Of a stretch of 64,000 nucleotides of DNA, positions 36,040 through 50,499 are shown piece by piece. Made by a program: the position numbers and the translations under genes. This DNA comes from Euprymna scolopes (lineage: Eukaryota). The stretch lies in the NCBI GenBank assembly GCA_053919585.1, contig CM132802.1; one strand, written 5' to 3'. The notes beneath the pieces are model-generated. The model searched no databases. It saw only the letters and a program-made list of their open reading frames with translations, and was not told where the DNA came from. Numbering within the stretch: position 1 is the first letter of the stretch; each line of letters opens with the position of its first letter.

Positions 36040-36700
36040 ACTTCTAATGGTATTGGCGATAGTAATGTTTTTCCCAAAGACTGAATTGTAGGATGTTCTA
36101 AACCTGTCTATAATGAAGTTGTATAGTTACATACTGTAGTGGATAATTGTCTAGACACAGTAAATTTGTATGTGATATCTGTTGTTGCAAACCTACCGTA
36201 ATTTGGCTAAGATGGGTCATTTCTGCAACGAAAATATTCTATACAGGATTGACGATATTGATAAACGAACCGCAGTGATTTAATGCCAACCGTAAATGAT
36301 AATTTATTCTATATGAGTGATAAACAGATATTTATATGCATTTGTACATTTATATATTTACAGATCCACTGCTTATATTAAACTAATCTAGAAAATTGAT
36401 TGTTCTCATTTTTTATTTAAAATTCTGATCCATATTTCATGGGTCATTCAATTGTATGAAATACTTGTGAATATGACCAGAGAAACAAAGGAGTTTGTTA
36501 TTAATGTTTAACAATATTATGAGCGACCGAGCAATGAAAAGAGACATATAATTAGACCGGGCTGTATTAAGCTGATTCCATGGCATTCAAAATTAATCGA
36601 TACCGTTTCAGATAGCCAGAGATAAATAACCAATAGAAAAGTTCATAACAAATTAACAGTTGATAAATTGGGATTACCCGTTTTTAGAAATTGTTAAGAA
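36040..36700 (-). pseudogene. Possible further decayed LRR remnant
   Basis: LLCLDNYPLQYV, GISLIQPG, SVAHNIVKH and ITNSFVSL..SISYN in manual translation. Confidence 0.3.
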
Positions 36701-36839
36701 ACATATATAAACCTATAAAGAGAGCGTTAATATAGAAACTGGCACCATTTAATTTTCCTACATTTATAAGAAGTGGTATAATTTATAACAAAATGAATTA
36801 TCTTTTGCCACTAATTTTAATGCTTTTTGTGTAAGATCT

Positions 36840-36844
36840 ACACG

Positions 36845-36875
<31 letters not shown>

Positions 36876-37025
36876 GTATATAAATATATATATAATGATA
36901 ACGAGGATCAAACTAACAACCCACATTATCTAATTATATAACAGTCTGATATATATATATATATATATATGTACATATATACATACATATATATATGTGT
37001 GTGTGTATATGTGTATATATATATG
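36840..37025. repeat. CA/TA microsatellite cluster
   Basis: Direct reading. Confidence 0.9.
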
Positions 37026-40000
37026 TATTGATGAGGGAGTGGATGTTTTTATTTATAAAACAAACTATTATAGAAGGTGCTGGACAAAGGCGAAAGAGAC
37101 GGCGGATGTAAAAAACAGAGACGAGGAGAATAAACTAGCTTAAATACGTGGGAAATAGAAAGTTTGCTATAGAGATATAACATAAAATTTTAACCGTTTC
37201 TGTACTTTTATGACGCTGTGTAACGCCAAATATATCTACTGGTTTGAATTATAAAAAAAATATTTGATCAAAACAATGCATACTTCTTGGGAAATTATGC
37301 CATGAAAAATGAATTATGCATTTTCATATCATTTACACAGCCTTTGAAAATCAGATTAAAACTGTTGTAAAAATTCTTTATTTTCGTTCAAACCCGCTTT
37401 CAACTGGATTAACAGTCAATAAAAGTGGACGTGTTCAAGTACTAGTTTTTATATATTTTCCTCTCACATTTCAACGAATAAATTGAAACGGTTTTCCTGC
37501 ATTTCATACATTTCGCTCTTTAATCTTGGTTTATGTTCTCGTTTATTTGTTTTTTGTCCCCTATTAATATATAGACGAAAAAAATAAGAAACTCTCAACG
37601 ATTATTACACATAAATTGTAGCTTTACTGTTTAAAACAGACAAGACAGAATAATTTAACAATTGTTAGGTTCACATAGTAGATTTCTAATAGATATCGTC
37701 CGATGTAGTTAATTTTATATGAAACCACTCTAATCTATTTACCTAATTTTGTTCCTAATGTAATAACTAAACGCCATTCCTCTTTTTTCTGTCGTCGATT
37801 TTTTAATTTATTACTTTTCGCTTCTTTTTACTTATATTTACTTGTCCGATATTCTATTTATCTTACTTCCTACTTTTTCTCTCCTTTTCCTTCAAATATT
37901 AATTTCCTCCCTTTTTCCGCCATTTCCTTACTCTTTCATTTCGTTTCTTTTATGTTTCCTTAGCTTTACTGTGACTCTTTTTATTCATTTTTATCGTCCT
38001 TCGTTTTATTTTTTTATTGATAATTTCATCTAACATTCTCTCGCATACCAGTACTTTATTTACCCGTTTCACCCGATGCCCTCTTTAAACTAATCAGTTG
38101 CTATACAACTTGCCAGCTTTCCGTTTGAACTATTGCGTCCACCGAGAAAGATACTTGTGATTTTTATTCTTCTCGTTATCTGGCTACGTCCCACGAACCT
38201 TACGATTTAAATTATCCAACATTCAGCCATTCCTCCCTGTTAGTTTCTCATAAATTGCTTATTTACTCAACCAGCCATTTCAAATGTCGCTAAATGTATT
38301 ACTTGCTTTTTTTTGCTGGACACGTTTAATCAGTGTAATAGATTTTATTTTCAAAATGGCGGTGTTAGCGCGCGGTTTTGATAATCTACATAATCATTGG
38401 ACAAAGTGAGTGTAGTGAACGATTATGGTCAAATTTCAGACACTAATGCTTATTCAATACTTACTCGAATATGAAACTTCTCTGGCATTTATTTAAAAAA
38501 GAGTGTCACTATACTGACCATTATTTGCCTGGCGCAGTGCTACTGACCAATTCTGTTCCTTATCAAAAGTATTGTTTTTGCCTACCCGTTGTCTAAGGGA
38601 GGGTTATAATAAAAATATATACATCTTTCTTGGGGGGGGTTATAAAATGCTAACCTACTGTTGCTACAATAAAATAAACATTACAATGAACTCTGTATTT
38701 ATACCATGGAGACATGTAAAATTTTACACACGTGACAAAGAAAGCTTTTATGTAATGCATACATTTAAAATATAAATATAAAGTACTGTCAATTAGGTAC
38801 ACTCTCTATCCTTCTTTTCCCTATTACTCTCTCTCAACAGCTAAACCAGGCTTAGGCCAATGTCCTGGCCACTACTGCTGAACATTATATAATTAGATGT
38901 ACTCTGTGTTTATTGCTGATTAGACATACAATTTTAAATTCTCCTGTTTCCTATGGTAATTGACAATGAACTAAGAGTTGAATATAAAAAGTAGATAACG
39001 CAAATATAATTTGGCAAGTAATTTGGATCATTCAAACGGCAATAATTGACATATATATGACTGAATATTGCGTAAGCATGGAACAATAGAAACTTCAGAT
39101 TATAATGAATAATGTACATATAAAATATTATAAACATACACGTTTATAATATTACTATACAATAACGGTGTAGGTAGAATTTATTACAAGCTGGGAAAGA
39201 TTCATTTATTTCTTTGGTCTGACCAGATGAGTCTCTTTTATCAAGAATACTACCGAATCATTTATTCGCATATGTAACCAATAATATTTGTATAAGAAGC
39301 AGACTATATATCTATAATCAATCTTTTAAAATAATTTTTAATCAACAAAAATATATCTAAACTATTACCTCTCCACTTGGTTTTAGTTGTGTGAGAAATA
39401 TAATTTTCTTTCTTGTTCTAATTGGCATACATTTGTGGACTTAAAATTTAGTAAACACAGGACGTCGACAAGAATACATAAATAATCTTTTATTAACAGA
39501 AAACTATTTAATCTTGCTAAAAATAGCACTGTGCGCGGATTTTTTTCTGAAGCGGATACGTGGATTTTCGAAAAGGTTACAGTGACAGTTTGGTGAGATT
39601 TTCAAAAAAGCATCGCACTAAGTGAAGTATACTATAACCTACATCGAAAAGTGTTGGAATTCCGGCGGAATTCTGGGATCGGGGCACTTCAGGCGCTTTG
39701 ATTTAAACAAACCCTCATCAAAAAGACGAAGTAACCTGGAAATGTAGACTTAATAGGACTTAATTGAACTATACCTATATAATTCTGCAGTATTGCTACA
39801 GTTTGATTGCGGATGTTATATACACGATCAATACATGTTTAATTGGCGGCTTTCGTTATCTCCGTTTCGGTGCCACCGATGATACTGCGGGTTTCTTTTC
39901 CGACGGTTGGGCTTTCTCGCAAGTATGTTTTATGTCCTATATAGCGGTATATTTTTGCGTATTCAATGTATGTTAATTACCTTCGTAATTGGGTATTTCT

Positions 40001-40135
40001 CCTACTCTCACACCATTTACTACAGGATATAAATATTCTTTCGTTTCTGTTTACATTTTCTTCGTGTTATTGTTTTATCGTCCAAGTCAAATTATGAAGA
40101 CCTAAAAAGTCCCAGATTGTTTTTGAATCTAGGAG

Positions 40136-41981
40136 TATGGGCGCCTTAAATAAGTGTTCAAACTTTGTTTGGATAGACACTTATATTAATAGTACACAAA
40201 TGAACATCTAGCCCCAATTGAAGTAATCTCCTCTGGGTGAAATGCACTTGTTCTGTTCCAACAATTTCTAGAAGGTGCCATGAGAGTCCCCTTGTGTGAG
40301 CATGTTAATAACTCTTGTCACAGACTTTTTCATCAACTCGTCTCATAATGGCATCTAACGTTTTATTGGAGCTTAGAGAATCACGAAAATTCACAAAAAA
40401 GCAAGGGCTGTACAATCTGGAGCCTGGAGAACTGTCTTTAATCTCCCTCTTGGACAAATAGTCTGTGACAAGGATAGAGTTGGGGACTGGTCCAGTGTCC
40501 GGTGGAAATGCCACTGGCCAGATTTGAAAAATGCTGGTGCTTGCCGACGGACTCTCTTTCTTAACTCCTTAAAAGCTAAGCATAGTAGTTCCTGTTGACT
40601 GTATGTTCAGTGGGAACCCAGTACATGTAGATTATTCCATTGCTTTTAACAAAAGGACTCATCATAAGTTTCTAGTGGATTTTTTCTCATTCTTGGGTCT
40701 GAGGGAGCCAGCATGCGTCCACTGTAAACTCTGTCTCTTGGTATCTTGGTCATAGAAGTTGATTCAGCTTTCATTACAAACCACCAGAACATTAATAACC
40801 GCGGAATCTTAATAGATCAGCTCGACTATCGCCCTGCTGTAAGGATAGCGTCATTCTTATATTTCTAAGCCCTATGAGGAAGCACTTTGCGCAAATATTC
40901 TGCATTATTAATTCCTCGCGGAAAATTGTGTACAGATCCCGTACTGGCATCAGAGTGTGTACTTATTGTCTCTATAAGCGCAAAACTGTCGTTATCCATG
41001 GACTTCTTAATTTGGTCAATCAACTCTGATGTTCTAACTAGTATTCTGCCATAACACAACCCTCATCATTTATCAGACTCCCTGCATTCCTTTAATCTTT
41101 TATGCCAGTGAAAAACTGATGCCTGATTCATGCAAGGTTGTTCACAAACAAGCTGAAACATTCTACATGCTTCTGTGGAATTCCTGCATTTCGTTCTCTT
41201 CAAATATCCGCACATGGCGATTGCATTTAAAAAAAAAAAATCACAATCTCTGAATATCATGCTTCAGTAAGGTGTATACCAATTCCGGCTGTAGCTGTTC
41301 ATTTGAACCTGGAATCATAAATATTAGTAAATTATCTCATAAGATATACAGCAATAACATTGAATGTTCAAGCGTCTACGAGAATTTTAAATGCCTGTCC
41401 AATAAAGTTTTTTTTTTACACAGTGATGACCACTTATCAAGGCCTGAAAGCCACTCAGAGATAAGCGTTATTGCAAGTACATTACGTTAGTGTGGAGATT
41501 TGATGAAGTGTTTACTTAAGGGGGCGGTTCATTAGGAAGTTGTTAACATTGGACTTGAAGACATCCAAGTTGTAGTCCGGTGGGAAGCTGGCAGACGGAA
41601 CAGAGTTCCACAGGCGTGCAGTTCTAAGAAAGAAGCTCTGTTCATGGAATTCGCGTTTTGATCTAGGCACAGATATAGAGTGGGGGAAATTTTTCACAGT
41701 GGATTCAGCTAGACGGGTGTTTTTCGTGAAAAATTGGCTAGGGGGACCAGAGATTGGAGTTCAGACGAGCAGCTGTCATGGAAATAACGATAAAACAAGG
41801 ATAGGCTCGCAACGTCTCTTCTGTGGGAGAGAGGTTGCAGGGTAGATAAAAGGGCATCCCCCACTAAGCCACAAAGTCTATTTTATGCTCTGTCAAGGCA
41901 GGATAGGCTGTTTTAGCAGCTCCTGCCCAGATATGGCAACAGTATTCCATCCTTGTCTTAAGATTATTGAACGCATCCCTA
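40136..41981 (-). mobile_element. Decayed mariner transposon, with a LINE inserted in its 5' TIR
   Basis: N-terminal HTH remnant STEACRMFQLVCEQPCMNQASVFHWHKRLKE (ORF 41066-41260) and C-terminal KLLEQNKCISPRGDYF (~40220-40270). Degenerate TIRs at 40136-40205 and at 41365-41408 plus 41960-41981. Confidence 0.82.
41408..41955 (-). mobile_element. 5'-truncated CR1/Zenon-like LINE, family B subfamily
   Basis: ORF 41512-41697 (FFLRTARLWNSVP). MEYCCHIWAG at the 5' end, 3' stem-loop and poly(A). Confidence 0.93.
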
Positions 41982-43199
41982 AAAATGACTCATTATAAGT
42001 TAAATTGATTACTAATAACACAACTGATATCAATACAAGCAAGCTGAGAGTGTGCATAAAAAATTATCAACATTGCATGGCAAGAAAACATGTAAATATA
42101 AAAACGATTACAATTACGACTGTATGAAGGGAAATACAAAGAAAATAGTATCATCAAATATCAGCGCATTTATTGAAACAGTTGCGTTGTAAAATTTCTA
42201 AAATATTTATACTGACGATTCTGTATCATTTATGGGTATGCATACGACCCGTAGCATATGTCAAAAGGCAGTATATGAGAGAAGTTAAAAAATGTGAATG
42301 TATCTAAAGGTCGGTGATAAAGGCAATCTATAGGTCGCTTATTCGGTGTGCTAAATAAAAGCAGAAAAAGAAAGATCCGTGTAACAGAGCAGATAAGAAG
42401 GAAAAACGTAGTTTATTTACAAAATAAATCAACCCTTTATTTAACAATTTCAAACGTATCTTTATTTTTGTGTATTTTTTTATTCTTGACTGGTCGCATA
42501 TACTTAAGACATTACATTTGTGTTTCTTTCTTTCCAGTAAATGTTCACCATATTATAGAGTCAATGAATTTGATAATGCTTTGCTCATAGTTTATTTGAA
42601 ACAAAATGTGAAATGGGTTTTTGTATTCATAAGATACGAGTATTTTTTAAACAAGAATAAATTATTTAGTTTATTTTCGTTATTAAGATCATTGGTTCTA
42701 TTTTGAGTGCTATTTTCACAATGTATAGCCGAGGAAACACCCAGCTATCTTTACCTTGCCGAACCTGGGAATATTAACGTCGAACTAGTTGATTTGCATA
42801 CAATTTTGAACGGAATCCGAGCGCAATGGATACGATTCTCTGTAAAATCCAGTTATAAATGTTACATTCCTTTCGAGTTTAAGCTCCTTTTTTAGGCGGT
42901 CAAAAACATAATTGAGAATTACTTAAGACTTCATCCCACTTATTGCTGAATAAGTGAGTGGGAACTGTTTCACATTTGGTGCACATTTTCAAGTTTTACA
43001 GGTTACACCTTAAGAAGCTAAGAGTTAACATCAACTGAAATGTTCCGATAATAAAATTTAAAAAAAAAATCAAACAGTAATCTGAATCATCTACTGTAGA
43101 ACATGTCAAGGAAAAATGCCTAAACAAACGAGTGTTACTTTAAAAATAAAATATGCTCTGAGTGCGCACATAAAGGTCACAAAGCAACTATGCAAAAAG

Positions 43200-46140
43200 G
43201 AACGAGGCCGTATGCCTGAAAGAGTAAATACCATCAGTTCTATAAAAAATCTTTAAATGGTAAGAAAAGAAAGTAGGTAGATATCAAAATTAATAGCTGG
43301 AAAATTAACCGCGTTTTGGATACTGGGAGGTATATATCACTAATTAATGAACTAGCCTGAAAAAAAATGGTCATCCAAAGTTACAAAATGCAGAAAAACT
43401 TGCCAGACGTGTTTCTGGAAATAGACTAAAATTCAAAGGTGATGCTTTATAAATGTGACACCGAATAAAAATATAGTAAATACCAAAATTTATGTCATAC
43501 CAGGAAAAGCATTCTAATTTATTTGGTATCACCTTATGAAAAATTGAACTACTCTGAGTGGACATCACCCTCGGTATATGTAAACAAATAAGAAGATCAG
43601 CGTATGTGCGGATTTTTCACTGGGACTAAATAATTGCTTAAAAGATCATAAATATCCGCTCCATACAACCGAAAAAATATTTCAGAAGTTGAATGAAGGA
43701 AAACATTTTCTCAAAAGCGGATTTATTTGAGGCATATTTGCAGGCCAATGTCCAGGAAGATTTTTCAAAATACCGGACGGTAAATTACCATAAAATATTA
43801 TTTGCCTTAAAACGGTTGGCTTTTGTTTTTAAAATAGCCCCACATTTATTCCAACAAATTATGCATACCATGTAATCAGGTCTGGATTTTGCAATGGCTT
43901 TATTTGACGATATTCTAATGAGAAGCAAGAATATTGAAGAACATAAAATCCATCTCCGTGAGGTATTCAGGAGAATAGCAAACTATGGATTCAAAGTGGT
44001 CTCAAAAATGTTAACTTGATATGAACACAATTGAATATTTAGGACAAAAAATTGATCGGAAAGGTAGAAAACCTACTCCAAGTAGGACAACAGCAATTAG
44101 AGACATACCTTAACCGAACAATGTGGTGAAATTACAGTAATTCTATGGTCTAGCAAACTACTATAAACCTTATATCAAAAAAATGCATGAATTGAGAACA
44201 CCGTTTAATGAATTATTGAAGAAGAATTACAAAATGGCGCTGGACAAAAGAATACGACGAAACATTCCCCAACATATTTTAAAAAAAATGTTTTTATCAC
44301 AGCTAGCTTTGGCACATTACGATCCGAAAAAGGAGTTAATTGTAGCAGCAGATGCGAGTGAATAAGAGTTAGGAGCCGTGCTTCTACATAGATTAGAAGA
44401 TTGCCTACACCTGAAAGGTATTGTTGCAGAGAGAAATAACATTCAGATTGGGAAAGAAGGTCAGGCAATTGTGTACGTTATGAATACATTTAATAAATTT
44501 ATTCATGGAGAATCATTTGTTTGCAAACGGACCATAACCATTACTGTTGATTTTGGTTTACGTAAAGATATTTCTACACATACTGCGAAAAGAGGGCAGC
44601 GATGGAGCATTATTTTGCTCAACTATAATTTTAAAATGCAATACATACCATCTAAGAAATTTGCACATGTAGATGGTCTGTCCAGATTGAATCCAAGTAA
44701 GAAGGAATTGCTCGAAGAAATGTGATGACATCACTAAAAGTAGAAAATGAACTAACAGATATACTAATAAATATTTTTAAAGAACTACCTATAACACACG
44801 AAGAAATAAAAGAAGCAGCAAAAATGGATGAATACATTAACAAAATAAAAATATAAGTGGGGCAAAACGAAAAGAAGAAAAAAGAATTAAATGTTTCCGT
44901 TGTTGATATGTGACGAAACTCTAATGGATTCAAATAGTAGTGGTAATACCGCACGTGTGAAAAATGAAACTTCTGTAAGAATTTTATATGGCCATTCCTG
45001 GAATCTCTAAAATCACGGTTCTAAAGAGAGTATATACATACTGGCCTAAAATTGACAAAGACAAAGAAAATATTGCAAAACTATGCAAAAGTTGCCAACT
45101 AGAGCAAAATCTCCACCCATAAGGACGCAACCTTGGCCGAAAACTAATGTACCCTGGACACGCATCCATAGAGAGTTCGCAGGACAACTGAAACAATATT
45201 ATTTACTGGTAATCGTTGATAGTTTTTCAAAATGGCCGGAAATTTAAAATATAAACACCCCTACAGCTGCATACACTATACAGGCGTAAGACGAGGTATT
45301 TAGTCGTTCTGGAGTACCAAAAACAATTGTTGGTGACAATGGCACTATGTTCACAGTACAAGAATTTAAGGACTACTCTGAATCACTGGCCATGGAACAT
45401 ATCACGACACCAACTCATAGACCTTGATCTAATAGAGAAGCAGAAAGGTTTGTCGATACCTCCAAAAGAGCATTGGAAAAGAATAACAATATCGACACGG
45501 AAGAACAGAGTATTCAGAAATTTGTAACAATATATAGGATACACCCATACCAGAATACTAATCAAAATGTATCACCAGATGAAATAATGTTTGCAAGAAA
45601 AGTAGGTCTGTGTTCGAATGAGTTATTCCTAGAAAAACGGAAAAAAATTATTAAAGATAATGCAAAGTACAGGACGTGTAAGGACGGTAATAATGTTTTC
45701 TGTAAAAAGCTATCGAGTTTTTGGAAAGATTGAATAATCTCCAAAAGAATCGGGAGAATGCTCTATATCATAAAAGGACGCAGATGTTCCTATAAAAGAC
45801 ATTTAAATCAATGGCGACCAAGATACACGGAAACGGTCGAAAACCGAGAGCTTCCAATGATAGCTTTGTACGACACTTTCCAAATTGAATCTCCAGACAA
45901 CAAGAAAATACTCAGAGTAACTACAGAAACTAGTCACTCTCCATAATCGAAGAATTCATAAATGCAAACTGTAAGAAGTGAAAGAACAGGGGAAAGGGCT
46001 GAACGCTTTAGATCGAGGTCAAAAAGAACTAAATGGCAAAGCTAAATTCTAAGAAAGAATTTATCTAGAGGAAAGTTGTTGTAATGGAATGACCTAGCCC
46101 CCTCCCTCTGGACAATAAGATAGCCATTCTGAAATGGTCT
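43200..46140 (+). mobile_element. Second decayed Ty3/Gypsy element (pol region plus start of 3' LTR)
   Basis: Protease LDTG (~43315), VCADF (~43603), FKIAPHLFQQIM, FDDIL, LIVAADASE, HVDGLSRL, H.GHPG, PWTRIH..FAG and GDNG (~45332). A purine tract AGAGGAAAG at ~46067 is followed by TGTTGT at 46077. Confidence 0.88.
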
Positions 46141-46142
46141 GT

Positions 46143-46318
46143 GGTTAGATTCATTCACACGCTCACACAAACAGATGCCATGGGGCCTTCCAGAAATTGT
46201 TGGAACGAATTGCAGCCGGAGGAGATTACTTCAAAGGGGACTAGAGTTTCATGTGCGTACTATCAAAAAAAAGTACCCATGCGAAACCCGTTTAGAAACT
46301 TATTAAAAGCAACTCGTA
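46143..46318 (+). mobile_element. Mariner 3'-end fragment (same family as 40136-41981)
   Basis: HTLTQTDA/HGAFQKLLER..AAGGDYFKGD* and a TIR ending GAAACTTATTAAAAGCAACTCG|TA. Confidence 0.8.
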
Positions 46319-47157
46319 TGTTTTATTTTTAATTTTATTTCATATTTTTTTTATTTTATAAGAAATGCTAATCTCTCTGATGTATTTACTTCACAAAATC
46401 GTTTAAACTAAACCGGGATATAAAAGAGCCATTAGAAAATTATCCTTGTTTTGTTATTGCGTTTTGTTTGCGGATGATTATTTCACTTCGCATACGAGAG
46501 GTTATTGAGGATGTCTATTTTTAGTAACTTGTTTTTATATTCTTATATATTGTTAATCAATCTTTTTCCAAAGAGAAATTCTTATAAAACTTTTTTTACT
46601 TTATTGTTTTGTTATTTCTTCATTGCACATTTATCTATCAAATGTATGTGTTATAACAAGCGTTTTGGCAAACATAAGTACGAATTAATAATTAATTTTA
46701 AATAACGGCATTTTAGAAGTGAACAGGTCAATATTCAGTATAGGCGATATTACAAACACAATTACGAATTACTTAAGACTTTAAACTAGTCGTGGCTGAT
46801 AAATGCAGATTAAGAATGTCTCGTTAATTAGAAAAATGGTTTCGTTTAAAATTCAGTCGACATTTACGAGTTCATAAACATTGACGAGTTCTTGAAAACT
46901 CATATTTAAAAAGAAACTGGAGGTTAAGTTGGTCGACACGTCGTTTGTATCACTTCGAAATTAATATCTTTTGAATAATTCATATGATATACGCTTCTTT
47001 TAATTCTTATTTTTCATTTGATTTAATTTTCTTTTATTAATTTTTACGTAGTGCCCATTTTATTGTTAGATATAAATGTATCTATTTTATTATAAATTGT
47101 TTACTCCTTCCCGTTATTCTGTTTTATTGTCAGGTTTTTGTCATCAAATATATTATA

Positions 47158-47889
47158 CTAGCAGTATTACCCGACCTTGGTCGGGGGTTGATTAAATACC
47201 ATTTATATTCCTATGAAGTGTAAGATTAAAGGAATATTTAAAAATATAAATTTTCGAAAATAAAAAACTCAATCAAAATTTACTAAAAGATTAAATGAGA
47301 AAAGAAAGAATTTAAAAAAAGTGTCCGTAAATGCATAAGTAATATAGAAGCAATGTAGTTTCATTGTTGGTATGAGTGCTTTGCTTTGATTAGGTAATCA
47401 AAGAAAAATCACTTTTAATAAGTTTATGAATTTGTATTTGTGTAAATAAATGTTATTTAAAGTGTTAATGAAAAAATGGAAAAATTAGTTTTTCCAATTA
47501 ACGGAACAAACTTAAGAAGTTACGTCTAAAAAAAACAGAAAAAAAGAGAAAACACGCTGCAATAGTCATGTTTGCGCGTGTGTGTAGTAGTATTACGAAC
47601 AATTCCATAACATAAAAAACGGTGTCAGCGTCGGTCTGGCTAGTCGCTATGCAACGAGCTGAAAAATGTCCAGTCATTTTTAGTTGGATACGTACAATAA
47701 TACTTTGCGATTATCTATTGCCGACCCTTGTTGGAAACATTTCGATGCCAAAACCTTGCTAAAAACACTGCCAGGCACAACAAGTACCTTCATGTGAAAT
47801 TTCATAGAAATCGGTCCAACCGTTTTTTAGCCTGTAACGAACGAAGCCACACGCACACAGACAAAGCTGCATTTATATAAGTGAAGAGA
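47158..47889 (-). mobile_element. Non-autonomous Helitron (~730 bp)
   Basis: Minus strand starts A|TCTCTTCACTTATATAAA and ends with hairpin CCCGACCAAGGTCGGG, then TAATACTG, then CTAG|T. Inserted at an AT site with no TSD. Confidence 0.78.
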
Positions 47890-49964
47890 TTCTGCAACTT
47901 TCCATATTCGCCTATGCCATTGTCATCCTGATTGAAGCCACCAAAATAATCAATAATCAGCATGAGGAATTGAATTATGAGTTTTGATAGTGACATTTTA
48001 TCGCCTGAAGATGAGTGAACTGGAATTAGATGAAATACTGAAGTAAATTCCATTTCTAGACAGATTTACAAGATGATAAATTAAATCAGTAGAACAAACT
48101 CAGCTGTTATATTAAATCTTTTATCGTGTTCCTTATTATGCAATGTAACCTTATAAGTCTCCACCGAAAATAGGTAAAGAAAAGAGTGTGGTGTTTATTC
48201 ATAATTAAAGGCCCTTGCTCTCGCATCGCATGGACGCGAATCATAGACGTTGTTTTTTCTTAGCATAGTATAACTTCTCACCTTCTCGATCACATAATAT
48301 TGTATATGATTCAAACTAAACTTCCCTTTTTCCACTCACCTCTGACATGTTTGACTTTCGGCCTTTGCCTTTAGACCAATACCACAATGTCTGTGAACGA
48401 TTACATGTTCACTTACACAAAAGTAAAATGGACAATATATGATAAAAGATTAAATGCAAAACATTTAATCTGCAACAAGAATTAGCATATTTTATGTGCA
48501 TATTTCTTTGTATGAAACGGAATATTCCTTATGTGTTCGTTTTTCTTCTTATTCCTCTTGAATATATTTACACATATTCAATTTATTGATAATAGTAGCA
48601 ATAAACTTGATTTTTATATTCCATTTTTCGCTTTTTCTTTCCCGTATTTTTTAATGTTTCAATCCCATATGCCCAACAATTTCTAAACAATTTTATTGTA
48701 GTTACTAGTTAAGAAATTTTTAGTCTTATTTGATTTTTTTTATTTCTCATGTTTTTTTTCTTTTTTGTTATTATCTATATAGTTTTTTTTAAATATTATT
48801 GTACATTTTTTATTTATTTATCGTATTTTCTATTACAGTTTACATTCTCCCATTTCTATTACATTCTCTTTCTTTATTTTTAATGCATTATTCTCTTTTC
48901 CATTTTTGCNNNNNNNNNNNNNNNNNNNNNNNNNNNNNNNNNNNNNNNNNNNNNNNNNNNNNNNNNNNNNNNNNNNNNNNNNNNNNNNNNNNNNNNNNNN
49001 NNNNNNNNNNNNNNNNNNNNNNNNNNNNNNNNNNNNNNNNNNNNNNNNNCAGCATATTTTCATTTAACCAAAAAGGCTTTTGTTTAGTATTACCCTTTCT
49101 ATTATTCCAAGTTTTGCTCTTGGCTTTCGTCATGATATCGTCAGGATAATGTCTAAGATATGTCGTGCTAACTGGCAGATTGTGATAAGTAGTTGTAGTA
49201 ACGGTTATTGCGTGTGAGACAGTTAGTTCTAAGTTGTAAGGGAGGATTTGCCTGATGTTTTAAATGAGAGCATGGCAAGCAAGTGGAAGGGAATATGATT
49301 AGCATTTTAACATGTTTTGTCTAGATTGTTATGTAACCACACTGGGGACAGAGTTCTATGTCTTTAAACAAACCGCTGCTATTTTTTTTAATTTCTTAAC
49401 TTTCTTTTTATAATGCATTATTTGTGTGCTGCTGACAAAGCTTTCTCTAGCTTTGGAGTGGTCAGTTATGTTTTTTGTAAAAGTTATAATATAGCAATAG
49501 ATTCGACATAATGCATGTTAAGTCGACGGGATATCGTGGTCGTTGTATAAAACGTGGTGTGTTATAATGCGTATCATAACCCTCACCCTCTTCTCGGCTC
49601 TTGCCCATACATAAAAACCGAACACTCTCTCTCAACTGAGAGAAACCGGCCTCGCACGCATAAACTGTTCCTACCACTAATAACCACAATCCGCCCGTCA
49701 TCACAACCAATCTTGCACATTATCCTGACGATGTTCTTACGAAATACGGAGAACAAAATAAAACCCCCAAAACATCGCATCATGATCCGAAGGGAAAATT
49801 CTATGGGATATTTTTAATATTTTTAATCTACGCACAATAAGAATTATCAGAAAAATCGAAAAAATAAAAAAGTTATAACTAAAAAAAAGCTCTCTGTTTT
49901 CTTTGAGAATGTTTGTTTAAATCCGTGTATCTATCTGTCTATATATCTATATATCTCTTTCTCT

Positions 49965-50025
49965 TTATATATATATATATATATATATTAATTAGACTCA
50001 TTAGAGGATTGTAATTATATATATG

Positions 50026-50059
<34 letters not shown>

Positions 50060-50062
50060 TAT
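49965..50062. repeat. (TA)n tracts
   Basis: Direct reading. Confidence 0.9.
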
Positions 50063-50499
50063 TCGTTTGTTCTAGTTTTTGTAACAAATGATTTTCTTCA
50101 TTCTTCAATCTGTTTTGTGCATGTTTTCTCTTTTCAGCCATAACAATTCTAATCATATTATATTACCATTTGACCTTTCTATTGTTCTGTCTCTTTATGT
50201 ACTTACTTTTGACTAACGTATTCTCCACCATTTATATTTGTAATCACATAATTATATTTATATCAAGCATTCACGCGTTTCTTATCGTTATGTTCAGCTA
50301 CTCGGGAATTCCATCGTGGTAATTTAACAACAAAAATATCGGTTGATTTAGAAAAATACATTCACTCTATAGACAAAATATTGAGATTATTAGCGATGGG
50401 ATCACGGTTATTGTGCACATTAAAATAGCTCGTAGCAAATTAGTTTTGTTTGGACAGAGTAAAGGCGGGCCATTTTCTAAAGAAACTTGAATACAAGCT

